Positions 29,066 to 38,594 of a stretch of 64,000 bases of DNA are shown here, in pieces (the stretch's first letter is position 1; every line of letters starts with the position of its first letter). A program made the position numbers and the translations under genes. The DNA lies in the NCBI GenBank assembly GCA_038063735.1, contig JBBTUN010000002.1:13321-77320 (forward strand), in the 5' to 3' direction. The notes under the pieces are model-generated. The model was not told where the DNA came from. It saw only the letters and a program-made list of their open reading frames with translations, and made no database searches. The stretch is from Patescibacteria group bacterium. Its GTDB lineage: Bacteria > Patescibacteriota > Microgenomatia > Curtissbacterales > GWA2-41-24.

Positions 29066-30604
29066 TTAATACGAGCTGGAGTGATCGAGCACGTCTAAGA
29101 CTTCACCTGTTGTGTCATCGGTTAAAACATTTATTATAGTTAGCCTGTTTTCTGTTATCCATTCTCTTATTTTTGGGTCGTAAATTATTTCATGAGTAAT
29201 ACTATCGTTGTTACTTGAGGCTCTTTTTCTTGCTTTCTTATCCTTTTTAAAGGCTTCACCACTTATTGAGTTACTGATGTAGACGATTCTGGGTCTTTCC
29301 ATGTCTACGCCTACTTTGTCCATAACTCCGTATTCTATCTTTATTTGTTCGATTGCGTCTGCGGCGTCTGCGGCTGTGCTGCCAAACGCTTGTTTGGTAT
29401 CAAATTTCCCAATGTATTCTCCGCGTATAGAAATACCCATGTAGCCTTCGGAGTGGGATGAAAATGGATGATTTGGGCCACCAGCAGGTATTTCGCTTAA
29501 TCCTGTTAGGTACTGAAAAGCGACTGATTCGGCAATCAAAAACCTTAATGCTTGGGTTTGTCCATCGGTCAAGTCAGGGTAAACATTTTCTATATGGGTG
29601 CTTATTTCATTGTAGAAATCTTTTGAGGCTTCGTTTGTGAGTAAGAATTCCATTATGTCGACCTTTTTTTCAGCAAAATCCAGAAGTAGATTAGCATCGG
29701 TAAAGTTTTGGTTAAATTCCCCGTATGTGATATCCAGCTGGGTAGCTATGGTTTCCTTATATTTATTTGTTAGGTTGGTAGCTGCCAGATCGTCGTGACC
29801 ATCTTCTCTGAGGGTTACCCCCATTGTGGCGGTGTCGTAAAGCGCACCTATCGCTATTGTTGGAAGCCCATCTTTACCTACTGTTTCTCTAACTTTGTTG
29901 TAATACTGGGTAAATGCGGGAACACTTGTTTTCCTGAGTATAATTAGGTTGGCGTCTTCTGCTCTTTGGGTGTGATTAATCTTTGAAAAATCATCGAAGG
30001 TTAATTCTCCTTGATTTGCTGGAGACATATTGTCTTTAATTACACCTAGAATTGCTGCGTTTGCCGCACAACCATGACGGGGATCCGTAGAGTCGTAGTG
30101 GGCGAACACTACCTCAAGTAGCTCTCGGTCTTCGATTGCGTCATTTTTGATGTGCCCTCTGAGTTCGGGTGAATCTGGAATAAATCGGCCGTCGGAGGTT
30201 TTTTTAACTTTGATTGATCCAAGAGGTACTTCCCAGATGTCAACAAGAACGCCCATTGCCATTCCATCGAGTCTACCGTCTACGCACCAAACTGCACCAA
30301 GTTCCGTCTTTCCCCGTAATTTCTCTTTTCTTTCTTTTAGGTGTTGGAATTTTTCGCTGCTTAAGGTTTCGGAAATTGTATTTATCCTTTGTATGTTTTC
30401 CCAAACCCTGCGTTCGACACCACTGATTTCGTTGTCCTCATGTTTGTGGCCATTTTCTGTGAGGGGTAAGTGGTAAAAATTCTGGATGGCGATAGAAGTT
30501 TTCTTTTTTAATAATTGATTTTTATTTGAAGCTGTTTCTGGATTTGGTTGTCTCATTTCGGTTTTTGGATCAAAATCGGTTATTAGTAATTTCTCTGAAA
30601 TCAT
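29066..30604 (-). CDS. CsoSCA-like (beta-class) carbonic anhydrase-related protein
   Basis: WCVDGR and AHYDSTDPRHGCAA resemble the CxDGR...H-x9/10-C zinc ligands of CsoSCA. Confidence 0.6.
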   Translation of the reverse strand: MISEKLLITDFDPKTEMRQPNPETASNKNQLLKKKTSIAIQNFYHLPLTENGHKHEDNEISGVERRVWENIQRINTISETLSSEKFQHLKERKEKLRGKTELGAVWCVDGRLDGMAMGVLVDIWEVPLGSIKVKKTSDGRFIPDSPELRGHIKNDAIEDRELLEVVFAHYDSTDPRHGCAANAAILGVIKDNMSPANQGELTFDDFSKINHTQRAEDANLIILRKTSVPAFTQYYNKVRETVGKDGLPTIAIGALYDTATMGVTLREDGHDDLAATNLTNKYKETIATQLDITYGEFNQNFTDANLLLDFAEKKVDIMEFLLTNEASKDFYNEISTHIENVYPDLTDGQTQALRFLIAESVAFQYLTGLSEIPAGGPNHPFSSHSEGYMGISIRGEYIGKFDTKQAFGSTAADAADAIEQIKIEYGVMDKVGVDMERPRIVYISNSISGEAFKKDKKARKRASSNNDSITHEIIYDPKIREWITENRLTIINVLTDDTTGEVLDVLDHSSSY

Positions 30605-30623
30605 TTTACTTGGGTCTTCCTCT

Positions 30624-30663
30624 AAAAAAAAGGCCTCGGTGTTGAACCGAGAATCCTTTGGGC
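30624..30663 (-). terminator. Hairpin plus U-tract beginning GCCCAAAGG, just upstream of the 512-aa gene
   Basis: Reverse complement gcccaaaggattctcgg-ttcaaca-ccgaggcctttttttt. Confidence 0.65.
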
Positions 30664-30706
30664 TGTATACTAACAGAGCTGAAGGGTATTTTCAAGCTAT
30701 AGTCGC

Positions 30707-30774
30707 TCGCAGAATGCTGCTCGCTCATGTAAACTTAAAGAACAACAAAAGCCTTTAGCTTTTGAAGTTTATAG
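30707..30774 (-). mobile_element. Short copy of the non-autonomous hairpin element at 52002-52136
   Basis: 30717-30745 is the exact reverse complement of 52035-52063; the ctataaacttc end is also shared. Confidence 0.75.
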
Positions 30775-30927
30775 GATGAATTTGCTGGTTAAAATCTGTT
30801 TTGTTTTGTTGGCAATTGGGGGAGTAGTTTTGGTTTTTTATGTTTCGTGGTTTTGGCGAGCGCTTATTATCCCGATGATATTTATTTTGCTTGTTGACGT
30901 TGTCTCCAGTTTGTTTAAAAAAAAGGT

Positions 30928-31869
30928 TTAGGCTACAAGAGTTGTTGGGTTTGGAGTTGGAACTGGCCTTAGGATTACACCATTTGGGGCTGTGATAGGT
31001 TCCTGGGGTTTGGTGCCTGCCAGGTTTATTGTGGGTGCTTTTGGCGCTTCTGGGGTTTGGACAGCTTGGACACCACGAGCTGCTTCTTCCACTTTTCTTT
31101 GCATTTCTTGCTGCATCAGGGGTGTTGGAATGGGTATCGGATCGTGGGCTACATCGGGTTTTTCCTGAAGATGTGCAATAGGTGCGGGGGTTGGCGTCGG
31201 TTCTGTTTTTGCAAACGGTGTTGAAATTGGGGTAGGTTCTTGCGTTGGAGTTGAAGCTTTAATTGGCTCGGAGGCAGAAGTTTCTGATTTTGCTGTGACG
31301 CCTACAATTTGGGAAATGGCTTCGTAGATTTTGATTCTGGTTTCCTCGTCGGTCGCATATGTTTCTCCAAGTTTTTTTATAACTTCCGCGTTATGGATGA
31401 TCCCCCCTTCGGTTGCTATATTGTAAGCTTGGATTGCTGTTTCCCAATCTTTGGTATCCAGCGCGGCTTCTCCAAAACCTTTTGTAAACCCTTCGAGCTG
31501 CATTTTTATTTTTTTGATATCGTCCGGGTTCATGACTGCTTCCATTTTGCTTGTTTGTGTCTGGAGAGAGCTTGGGAGTTCTGCTTTACTTTTAGTGTTT
31601 GGGTTGAGAGCAATTTCGCCAAGCTTAACCGGAGGAGCACTGGTAATGTCGCCCATTGAAGCAATGTCTTTGTAGTATGAGGCGCCATACTTTATAGCCT
31701 CGGCCTGCAGTAAGTTTTTTTGATGAGCGTCGATCGTCTCTTGAGTTAGTCCTAAAAGAGGCAGTATTTCTGCAGCCGTGCTCGCTGTTTCTTGGACAGG
31801 CGTGATATTTGTTTTTCCGGAATTGTTAAAAAGACCCATGGCAGAAACGTTTCTTATATTAAGCGCCAA
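30928..31869 (-). CDS. Hypothetical protein with a Pro/Thr-rich C-terminus
   Basis: Long ORF; true start probably MGLFNN. Confidence 0.65.
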   Translation of the reverse strand: MALNIRNVSAMGLFNNSGKTNITPVQETASTAAEILPLLGLTQETIDAHQKNLLQAEAIKYGASYYKDIASMGDITSAPPVKLGEIALNPNTKSKAELPSSLQTQTSKMEAVMNPDDIKKIKMQLEGFTKGFGEAALDTKDWETAIQAYNIATEGGIIHNAEVIKKLGETYATDEETRIKIYEAISQIVGVTAKSETSASEPIKASTPTQEPTPISTPFAKTEPTPTPAPIAHLQEKPDVAHDPIPIPTPLMQQEMQRKVEEAARGVQAVQTPEAPKAPTINLAGTKPQEPITAPNGVILRPVPTPNPTTLVA

Positions 31870-31938
31870 AGTGTAGGTGAGTCAAGAGAGGGACTGGAAT
31901 CGTCAACTATTGTCTGTGGACTATCGACCGTAGACAAA

Positions 31939-32814
31939 TTATAGCTGTTCGAGTTTGAGTTTTTCCTCACCCTTAGGAAGTTGAATAAGGGAGAGGTAGC
32001 GCTCGGTAGTTGATAGCCTTTTGTGGCCGGCTATTTTAGAAATCAGAACGAGGGATGCTCCGCTTGAGAGGTGGTGCGCAACCCAGGTGTGTCTAAGGTC
32101 GTTGACTTTAGCGCCGGTTATGCCTGCTTTTCTGTAATATCTGTCGATTGCCGTTCTTATGTTTCTAACCAGAAGCGGTTTGCCGGTTTTTGTTACGAAT
32201 AGGGCTCTATTTGTAGTTTTTGGTCTTATTTCCAGATACTTTTTAAGGGCATTTTCGGCTGCCTTATTTAAAGGAACTGTTCTTTCTCCACGATTTTCTT
32301 GAGGGCGTACGAAAAGATGGCCTTCTTTGTTTTCTTCTCCAAAAAAGACATCGTCGATTCGTAAATTTGCGAGTTCACCAATTCTAACGCCTGTTTGAAG
32401 AAGAATTTCAATAATTGCGGCAATTCGAACGTCGTCTCTGGCTGCATCTCTTAGTGCTCTGTATTCAATAGGGGTTAGGATTCTGGGAGGTTTAGTTTCG
32501 AATTTTGGGTGTTCAACAAGGGAAGCCGGGTCGTCGGTTATGTATTCTTTGATTTTAAGAAAACGGAAGAACGTTTTTGTGGAATTTAGCTTTCTGGAGA
32601 GTGATTTTTGAGTGTAGCCCGTAGATTGCAGTTTTTCCAGGAAGTTCTTAATATCGTCCGGTTTTATTTCGTGGACGTGCACCTTTTGAAGGTCGGCGAA
32701 GAATTTGATCAGCTGTTCTATGTCCTTGCCGTATGCAAGCACAGTTGCCGATGCTCTTTTCCTGCCTTTTAAATGGTCAACAAATTCCTGATGTGCTTCT
32801 TGTAATTTCTTCAT
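31939..32814 (-). CDS. XerC/D-like tyrosine recombinase
   Basis: SAM-like N-domain; TGVRIGEL, NDLRHT, AGH...STT.RY. Confidence 0.9.
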   Translation of the reverse strand: MKKLQEAHQEFVDHLKGRKRASATVLAYGKDIEQLIKFFADLQKVHVHEIKPDDIKNFLEKLQSTGYTQKSLSRKLNSTKTFFRFLKIKEYITDDPASLVEHPKFETKPPRILTPIEYRALRDAARDDVRIAAIIEILLQTGVRIGELANLRIDDVFFGEENKEGHLFVRPQENRGERTVPLNKAAENALKKYLEIRPKTTNRALFVTKTGKPLLVRNIRTAIDRYYRKAGITGAKVNDLRHTWVAHHLSSGASLVLISKIAGHKRLSTTERYLSLIQLPKGEEKLKLEQL

Positions 32815-33025
32815 TCAACTAACAATTTTTGGGCGAGAACTTTGTGCAGGTAAGTTCAGTGGCAAGCTGAAATTACGATTAGTATACTGCTTGCTATGGG
32901 CCTTGTCAAGAGTATTCAAATGGTGTTTGTGGATTCTTCTATAAGCTCACAGATTATAAACTCGCGGCCGTGCTTATGGCGCCTATCGGTTTTTAATAAT
33001 GCTAAGCGCGTATCTTATATATATA

Positions 33026-33385
33026 ATGGTAAGGATGAGAAGAAATTTAATACTGTTGTTGGCGATTGTTGTTGCAGTGTTTTTAGGTATAAATAGTGTA
33101 AAGCGGATACTTTCGCTTCATGGGACGAGTCAGCAGGTGGAGGAGGAAGAAGCTCATCTTGAAAAACTAAGAAAGGAAAATGAGGCTTTAAAGCAGGAGC
33201 TTGAGTATAAAAAGAGTGAAAGGTTTGCAGAAGGTGAGATTAGAAACAAATTGGGAATGGCAAAGGATGGGGAAGAGGTTGTGGTGATACCAAAAGAAGA
33301 AGAGAGTAGTAAACAGGAAACAGAAAGCAAGAAACCGGTTGCGAATTGGAAGAAATGGCAAAAATTATTCTTTGGAAATGGTTAA
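33026..33385 (+). CDS. Septum formation initiator (FtsB/DivIC family)
   Basis: TM plus coiled coil plus E..IR.KLGM.K.GE.V. Confidence 0.85.
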   Translation: MVRMRRNLILLLAIVVAVFLGINSVKRILSLHGTSQQVEEEEAHLEKLRKENEALKQELEYKKSERFAEGEIRNKLGMAKDGEEVVVIPKEEESSKQETESKKPVANWKKWQKLFFGNG

Positions 33386-33390
33386 TTTGA

Positions 33391-33419
33391 TTGACAAAGA
33401 GTTGTTTTGAAGCTAGAAT
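33391..33419 (+). promoter_or_regulatory. Sigma-70 promoter for the tRNA
   Basis: TTGACA-17-TAGAAT. Confidence 0.7.
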
Positions 33420-33439
33420 TAACGTTTGAAATTAATCGA

Positions 33440-33510
33440 CGCGGGGTAGAGAAACGGCATCTCGGGAGGCTCATAATCTCCAGAAGTGGGTTCGACTCCC
33501 GCCCCCGCTA
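33440..33510 (+). tRNA. Initiator tRNA-fMet(CAU)
   Basis: CGCGGGG acceptor with a 1:72 mismatch; loop CTCATAA; TTCGA T-loop. Confidence 0.85.
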
Positions 33511-33576
33511 CAAATTTCGGCAGAAATTTGGAGCGAGGTTCGCTCAAATTTTTGAGCGACCCGCTACACGTAAACC

Positions 33577-33606
33577 AGACTCGGCAAAGTTGTCGGGTCT
33601 TTTTTT
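33577..33606 (+). terminator. Intrinsic terminator after tRNA-fMet
   Basis: agactcggca..tgtcgggtct-tttttt. Confidence 0.7.
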
Positions 33607-33631
33607 GTTTGATACAATTCAGTCAGCTCAT

Positions 33632-33705
33632 GGCAGGGTAGCTCAGTTGGTTAGAGCGTGGCACTCATAACGCCAAGGTCGTGGGTTCGATCCCCACCCC
33701 TGCTA
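33632..33705 (+). tRNA. tRNA with CAU anticodon (probably elongator Met)
   Basis: GGCAGGGTAGCTCAGTTGGTTAGAGC..CTCATAA..GGTTCGATCC..CCCTGCTA. Confidence 0.88.
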
Positions 33706-33771
33706 CACTTTTTAAGTGATTATACACTCTACGATTGACAAGACCCATAATATCGTATACAATCCACCGTT

Positions 33772-34296
33772 ATGAATGAAGTAATGTTCGGTGAACGCGC
33801 GACTGTTGAGGCAGTAAAACAGGCTTCCAAAGATTATTTAAGACAAGCAAAAGCAAGAAGAGTGGCTGCGCATGTGGCGCGGGAAAAGGCCAACGTTGGT
33901 TTTCGGATGCTTCGTCACGGGAAATTTGTAAGGATTATACAGGAGGATGCGGCATCGTATTGGCATGGGGCCGCTGCTGAAAAAGTTGATGAAATAGTGT
34001 CTGGAGCAACTTCTCTTAGTTATTCTGAAGAACCAGAGGAAGACAGATTCGTTAAATGGGATTTGGAAATTGTTTCTGGTGGTAAAAAAATAAAAATGGG
34101 TGCTCGTCATTTTCTGGGAGGGCCTAGTTATGCAAGTGGATATATCGACCCGTTTGAGCATAAACCGTATGTTTTATATGAGGGAAAACCGGCTGGAGGC
34201 GAGGAGCTTTATACGACTACAGGAAGATTTAAAGATTTTATTGACAACCTGAAAAGCCAGGGTATTATTGGCACAAAAGTCGCAGTTAAGGCTTAA
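33772..34296 (+). CDS. Hypothetical protein with its own promoter
   Basis: TTGACA-17-TACAAT at 33735-33763, ATG 8 nt later. Confidence 0.65.
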   Translation: MNEVMFGERATVEAVKQASKDYLRQAKARRVAAHVAREKANVGFRMLRHGKFVRIIQEDAASYWHGAAAEKVDEIVSGATSLSYSEEPEEDRFVKWDLEIVSGGKKIKMGARHFLGGPSYASGYIDPFEHKPYVLYEGKPAGGEELYTTTGRFKDFIDNLKSQGIIGTKVAVKA

Positions 34297-34328
34297 TTAT
34301 CACTCCCAGGCTTTGTCCGCTTATAAAT

Positions 34329-34358
34329 TTGACACTTTAAGATTTCAACTGATATAAT
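34329..34358 (+). promoter_or_regulatory. Sigma-70 promoter of the ybaK-trpS leader
   Basis: TTGACA-18-TATAAT with extended TG. Confidence 0.8.
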
Positions 34359-34459
34359 TCTGCTAGGTAATGCTCTTTTGAGGTGAAAGCTTAGCAGAGG
34401 GCAGACTGATCTGCTAAGCAGAAATTATTTCGCAGAGATTTCTGCGCATTTGTATTTAA

Positions 34460-34590
34460 ATGAATATTAACTTAACAATTAACCGATTTTGGTTTTATTA
34501 CTTTGCTCGCTAAGGCGGGTTTTGTAGGTTGTTGAGCTAACTAAAACTTAAGAACAGATACAAGACTCGCGAGAATGCGAGTTTTTTTGT
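34460..34590 (+). promoter_or_regulatory. Leader-peptide transcription attenuator (peptide MNINLTINRFWFYYFAR, 34460-34513)
   Basis: Run of aromatic codons; alternative 1:2, 2:3 and 3:4 pairings; terminator gactcgc/gcgagt plus T-tract. Confidence 0.8.
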
Positions 34591-34613
34591 GGTCTGAAAG
34601 TAGGTGAAACATT

Positions 34614-34898
34614 ATGGAAAGAAAAGAAAATTGTCAAAGACAAAGCGGTATGGATTGCCGAGGTTGCGATGTGGCGGTTGATATTGCAAAAAATGTATTA
34701 TCTAACCCTGGCGAATCTGTAGTTAAGTAGATTTTAGAAGTTGCGGCTGAGAGTTGTCCTGTAGACACAAAATTTCTATTGCACGGAGATTTTGCCGAAT
34801 TGATGGAAGTAGAGAAAAAAGTAATACAATTAAGAACGATAAATGGCGAACCTAGTACAAATACAGAAACATTTGCGTCTGTTGCAGCTGGACTTTAA
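34614..34898 (+). pseudogene. Small ORF interrupted by an in-frame TAG (34728-34730)
   Basis: SD AGGTG plus ATG 34614; frame stays open for 55 codons after the TAG. Confidence 0.4.
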
Positions 34899-35298
34899 AG
34901 TAATTGACTTGGATCAGGAAGCTTTTACGGTTGCTGACGTGGTTGATGCTGGGATAAAGGTTGATGAAGTTGTAAAGACGCTGATCGTGCGTGTGGGCGA
35001 TGGATCTTTTATCGCACTCGCTCTGCGAGGGAATGATCGGGTGGATTTTAAAAAAGTGCGGAAGCTGTTTGGATCAAAAGCCGAGCTTGCAAAGCCGGAG
35101 GACGTTTTGAAGGTTGTGGGCGTGCCAATTGGTGCTGTTTGCCCAATTTTGGTTGGAGTGCCAGTGTATGTGGATAAGAATGTTATGGATTTGCAAAACG
35201 TGCATATGGGTTCGGGGGATTTGATGCATGGATTAGAAATGAAGCTTAAAGATTTATTAAAGGCGGTTGGAGAATATCAGGTAGAAGAATTAGCATAA
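34843..35298 (+). CDS. YbaK/EbsC aminoacyl-tRNA deacylase
   Basis: VVKTL, VD.KKV, G...GAVCP, GSG. Confidence 0.88.
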   Translation: MANLVQIQKHLRLLQLDFKVIDLDQEAFTVADVVDAGIKVDEVVKTLIVRVGDGSFIALALRGNDRVDFKKVRKLFGSKAELAKPEDVLKVVGVPIGAVCPILVGVPVYVDKNVMDLQNVHMGSGDLMHGLEMKLKDLLKAVGEYQVEELA

Positions 35299-35307
35299 TT
35301 ATTTAAA

Positions 35308-35523
35308 ATGATGATAGAACAAGAAAATTTACAAAGAGGGTTGGTAGGTAAAGGTGTTTACTCATTCAAGTGCGTTGGTTGTGGAACAAATGAGCAAACA
35401 CGAGTAGTTGTTGAATCTGTTCAAGATCGAGGAGGTCGTATTATACGAACGACTAAGGTGCGTGTTTGCGACCCTTGTTCTGTGGATGGTCTTTCTGATG
35501 TTATGATGAGGGTGGAAATATGA
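35308..35523 (+). CDS. Small putative zinc-ribbon protein
   Basis: CVGC...CDPC; ATGA overlap with trpS. Confidence 0.5.
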   Translation: MMIEQENLQRGLVGKGVYSFKCVGCGTNEQTRVVVESVQDRGGRIIRTTKVRVCDPCSVDGLSDVMMRVEI

Positions 35524-36524
35524 AAAAACGTATTTTGACAGGGGATAGGCCGACGGGGAAATTGCATTTGGGCCACTATGTCGGGTCACTTGCAAACAGG
35601 GTAAAGCTGCAACATGAATATGAAACTTTTATTATGGTTGCGGACGTCCAGGCCTTGACGGATAATTTTGAGCATCCGGAAAAACTGGGCGAAAATATTC
35701 GGGAAGTTGTTTTGGACTATCTTTCTGTTGGGATTGATCCTAAGGTTTCGACAATTTTTATTCAGTCCCAAGTTCCTCAAATTGCAGAGCTAACGGTTTT
35801 TTTTATGAATTTAGTGACTTTGGCACGGCTCGAGAGAAACCCGACGGTTAAGGATGAAATGAAACAAAAAGGGTATGGAGCCAATGTTCCTTTGGGGTTT
35901 TTGGCTTATCCGGTTTCTCAGGCTGCCGATATTGCGTTTTTGAAAGCAGATTTGGTGCCGGTTGGGGTTGACCAGGTGCCGATGATTGAGCAGACGCGCG
36001 AAATTGTGCGCAAGTTTAACGAGCTTTATGGAAAAGTCCTGGTGGAGCCGGAGGCGTTAGTTGGAGAGGTAGAAAGATTACCAGGGACTGATGGTAAAGC
36101 GAAGATGAGCAAGAGTTTGGGGAATGTTATTAATTTATCCGATGATCCCCAGACTGTCAGAAAACAGGTAATGGGCATGTATACGGATCCGGCGCGGGTC
36201 CATGGGGACGAACCGGGAGATGTTGAAAACAATCCGGTCTTTATATATCTTGATGCTTTTGCTTCAGAAAGTCACAAGTCACAAGTTATGAGTTATAAAT
36301 CAAAATACAAGGAGGGTAAGGTTAAAGATGTGGAGGTTAAGGAGTTTTTGGTTGGTGTTTTGGAGGAATTCTTGGAACCAATTAGGAAAAGAAGAAAAGA
36401 ATTTGAGAAGCAACCTGGTTTGGTCGATAAAATCTTGAAAGATGGGACAGAAAAAGCGAGAGCGGAGGCAGAAAAAACTTTAAAAGAGGTTAAAGCTGCC
36501 ATGAAAATTAGCTACTTTTCCTAA
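35520..36524 (+). CDS. trpS: Tryptophanyl-tRNA synthetase (heptamer insert 36269-36304)
   Basis: [32 protein letters not shown]. Confidence 0.97.
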   Translation: MKKRILTGDRPTGKLHLGHYVGSLANRVKLQHEYETFIMVADVQALTDNFEHPEKLGENIREVVLDYLSVGIDPKVSTIFIQSQVPQIAELTVFFMNLVTLARLERNPTVKDEMKQKGYGANVPLGFLAYPVSQAADIAFLKADLVPVGVDQVPMIEQTREIVRKFNELYGKVLVEPEALVGEVERLPGTDGKAKMSKSLGNVINLSDDPQTVRKQVMGMYTDPARVHGDEPGDVENNPVFIYLDAFASESHKSQVMSYKSKYKEGKVKDVEVKEFLVGVLEEFLEPIRKRRKEFEKQPGLVDKILKDGTEKARAEAEKTLKEVKAAMKISYFS

Positions 36525-36611
36525 ACGTTTTTACATAGTTGTCTTTCTTCTTGATGCACATGTGGTTCTGGCAATTGGAGGTTTTCGGTGATAAAATATC
36601 CGATTACACGA

Positions 36612-38561
36612 ATGAAATCCCAAGAACAAGACAAAATTCAAACTAATAATCAGCCAACTAATCCAAAAAAGGGTCCTATCCCCAAAGTTAATATGCCCAA
36701 AATCGGCAAAAAGACGTCCTGGCGGGGTTTTGCAATTTACGCGGTGTTTGGCCTTTTATTGTTTATTTTCTTTGCTGTTACTTCAAACCCTGCTGACCGG
36801 TTTTTGCCTGTTGAGCCGATTTCTACTGTAATAACAGACATCAAAAACGATAAGGTACAAAGCGTAGAAATTGATGGTAGCAAGATAAATGTAAAACTTA
36901 GGGATGGTAAAATTTATACTTCCAGAAAAGAAGACAATGAGTCTATCTTTGGTGCTCTTCAAGCAGGAGGTGCGGATCCAACAAAAGTTGCAATTACGGT
37001 GAAGGATAGGACAATGTCGGAAGCGTGGTTAACCCTTTTGACCACATTTTTACCACTTGGGATTATTATTCTTTTCTTCTTCTTCATTTTCCGTCAGGCA
37101 AGAGAGGGTGCGTCCAGTGTATTTTCGTTTGGACAGTCCAGGGCTAAGCAATTTTCGCGCGATATGCCCAAGATTACTTTCAAGGATGTTGCCGGTGTTG
37201 ATGAGGCGAAACAGGAGTTAATGGAGATTGTCGATTTTTTAAGACATTCGGAAAAATATAAAGCAATTGGAGCCAGGACTCCTAAAGGTGTACTTTTGGT
37301 AGGGCCTGCAGGTACCGGCAAGACTTTGCTGGCAAAGGCTGTTGCAGGTGAGGCAGGGGTACCGTTTTATTCGGTTGCAGGAAGTGAATTTATGGAAATG
37401 TTAGTAGGGGTGGGAGCCGCCCGTGTTCGGGATCTTTTTGCACAAGCCAAAAAGACGGCGCCTGCAATTATTTTTATAGACGAAATAGAGTCGATCGGTA
37501 GAGTGCGGGGTTCCGGCTTTAGTGGCGGACACGATGAGCGTGAACAAACCTTAAATCAAATACTGGTGGAAATGGATGGTTTTGCGCCGAACGAAAATGT
37601 AATGGTGATGGCGGCTACCAATAGGCCAGACATGCTAGACCCGGCACTAACTAGGCCGGGCAGGTTTGACAGGCGTGTTGCTCTGGACCTTCCGGACATT
37701 GAAGGCAGAAAGGCTATTATTCAGATTCATATGAAGGGTAAGCCGTTTGACAAGAATGTTGATATTGAAAGGTTGGCTAAGCGTACGGTTGGTTTTAGCG
37801 GTGCTGACCTTGCGAACATGCTTAACGAAGCGGCCATTTTAGCAGCCCGCGAAGCGCGTAAGGAAATAACCAATGTGGATTTGGAGGAAGCCGCAACAAA
37901 GACAAAATTGGGACCACAGAGAAAGAGAATGCAAAGCGAAGAAGAGAGAAAGATGACAGCTTATCACGAAGGAGGTCATGCAATTGTTGCTCATTTTCTG
38001 CCGAATGTTGACCCGGTACACAGAATTTCTATCGTTGCCCGTGCCAATACCGGAGGGCACACGGAGGTTCATCCACAGTTTGACAGAAACCTGGAAACAA
38101 AAACGAGGCTTTTGGACAGAATTGCGATGGCTTTGGGTGGTAGGGCGGCCGAAGAATTGATATTTCATGAGCTTACCAGTGGGGCGTCTTCCGATTTGCT
38201 GGTTGCAACTAATATTGCCCATGCGATGGTTGAGGAGCTTGGTATGAGTGATTTGGGGCCGACTGTGATGCAAGGGCGGGCGCAGTTTGGAATATGGCCT
38301 GTTCCGGGTGAGGGGGCACAAATGTCCCAAGATACGGCAGCTAAAGTTGACCGTGAGGTACAAAAAATGATTGATACCGGGTATAAAAAAGCGAAAGAAA
38401 CGCTTATTCGGCACAAGAAAGATTTGGATAAAGTTGCAGCGGCTCTTTTGGATCGCGAAACTTTGGAGCGTGACGACTTTGAGAAGATTGTTGGTAAACC
38501 TGCAACAAATGGTGAAGTAAAGTTTCATATTCCCAAAAAAACAAAGCCTGCTCAGGCTTAA
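36612..38561 (+). CDS. ftsH: ATP-dependent zinc metalloprotease FtsH
   Basis: Two TMs; [29 protein letters not shown]. Confidence 0.98.
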   Translation: MKSQEQDKIQTNNQPTNPKKGPIPKVNMPKIGKKTSWRGFAIYAVFGLLLFIFFAVTSNPADRFLPVEPISTVITDIKNDKVQSVEIDGSKINVKLRDGKIYTSRKEDNESIFGALQAGGADPTKVAITVKDRTMSEAWLTLLTTFLPLGIIILFFFFIFRQAREGASSVFSFGQSRAKQFSRDMPKITFKDVAGVDEAKQELMEIVDFLRHSEKYKAIGARTPKGVLLVGPAGTGKTLLAKAVAGEAGVPFYSVAGSEFMEMLVGVGAARVRDLFAQAKKTAPAIIFIDEIESIGRVRGSGFSGGHDEREQTLNQILVEMDGFAPNENVMVMAATNRPDMLDPALTRPGRFDRRVALDLPDIEGRKAIIQIHMKGKPFDKNVDIERLAKRTVGFSGADLANMLNEAAILAAREARKEITNVDLEEAATKTKLGPQRKRMQSEEERKMTAYHEGGHAIVAHFLPNVDPVHRISIVARANTGGHTEVHPQFDRNLETKTRLLDRIAMALGGRAAEELIFHELTSGASSDLLVATNIAHAMVEELGMSDLGPTVMQGRAQFGIWPVPGEGAQMSQDTAAKVDREVQKMIDTGYKKAKETLIRHKKDLDKVAAALLDRETLERDDFEKIVGKPATNGEVKFHIPKKTKPAQA

Positions 38562-38594
38562 ACTTGTAGATTTCCTTTGTGCTAGAATTTGGGC

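Noticed and set aside
33407-33670. 87-aa ORF in the track
   Set aside because: It overlaps two tRNA genes and a terminator, so it is spurious.
34360-34600. T-box riboswitch before trpS
   Set aside because: No GGTGGNACC T-box sequence; the leader-peptide model fits the pairings better.
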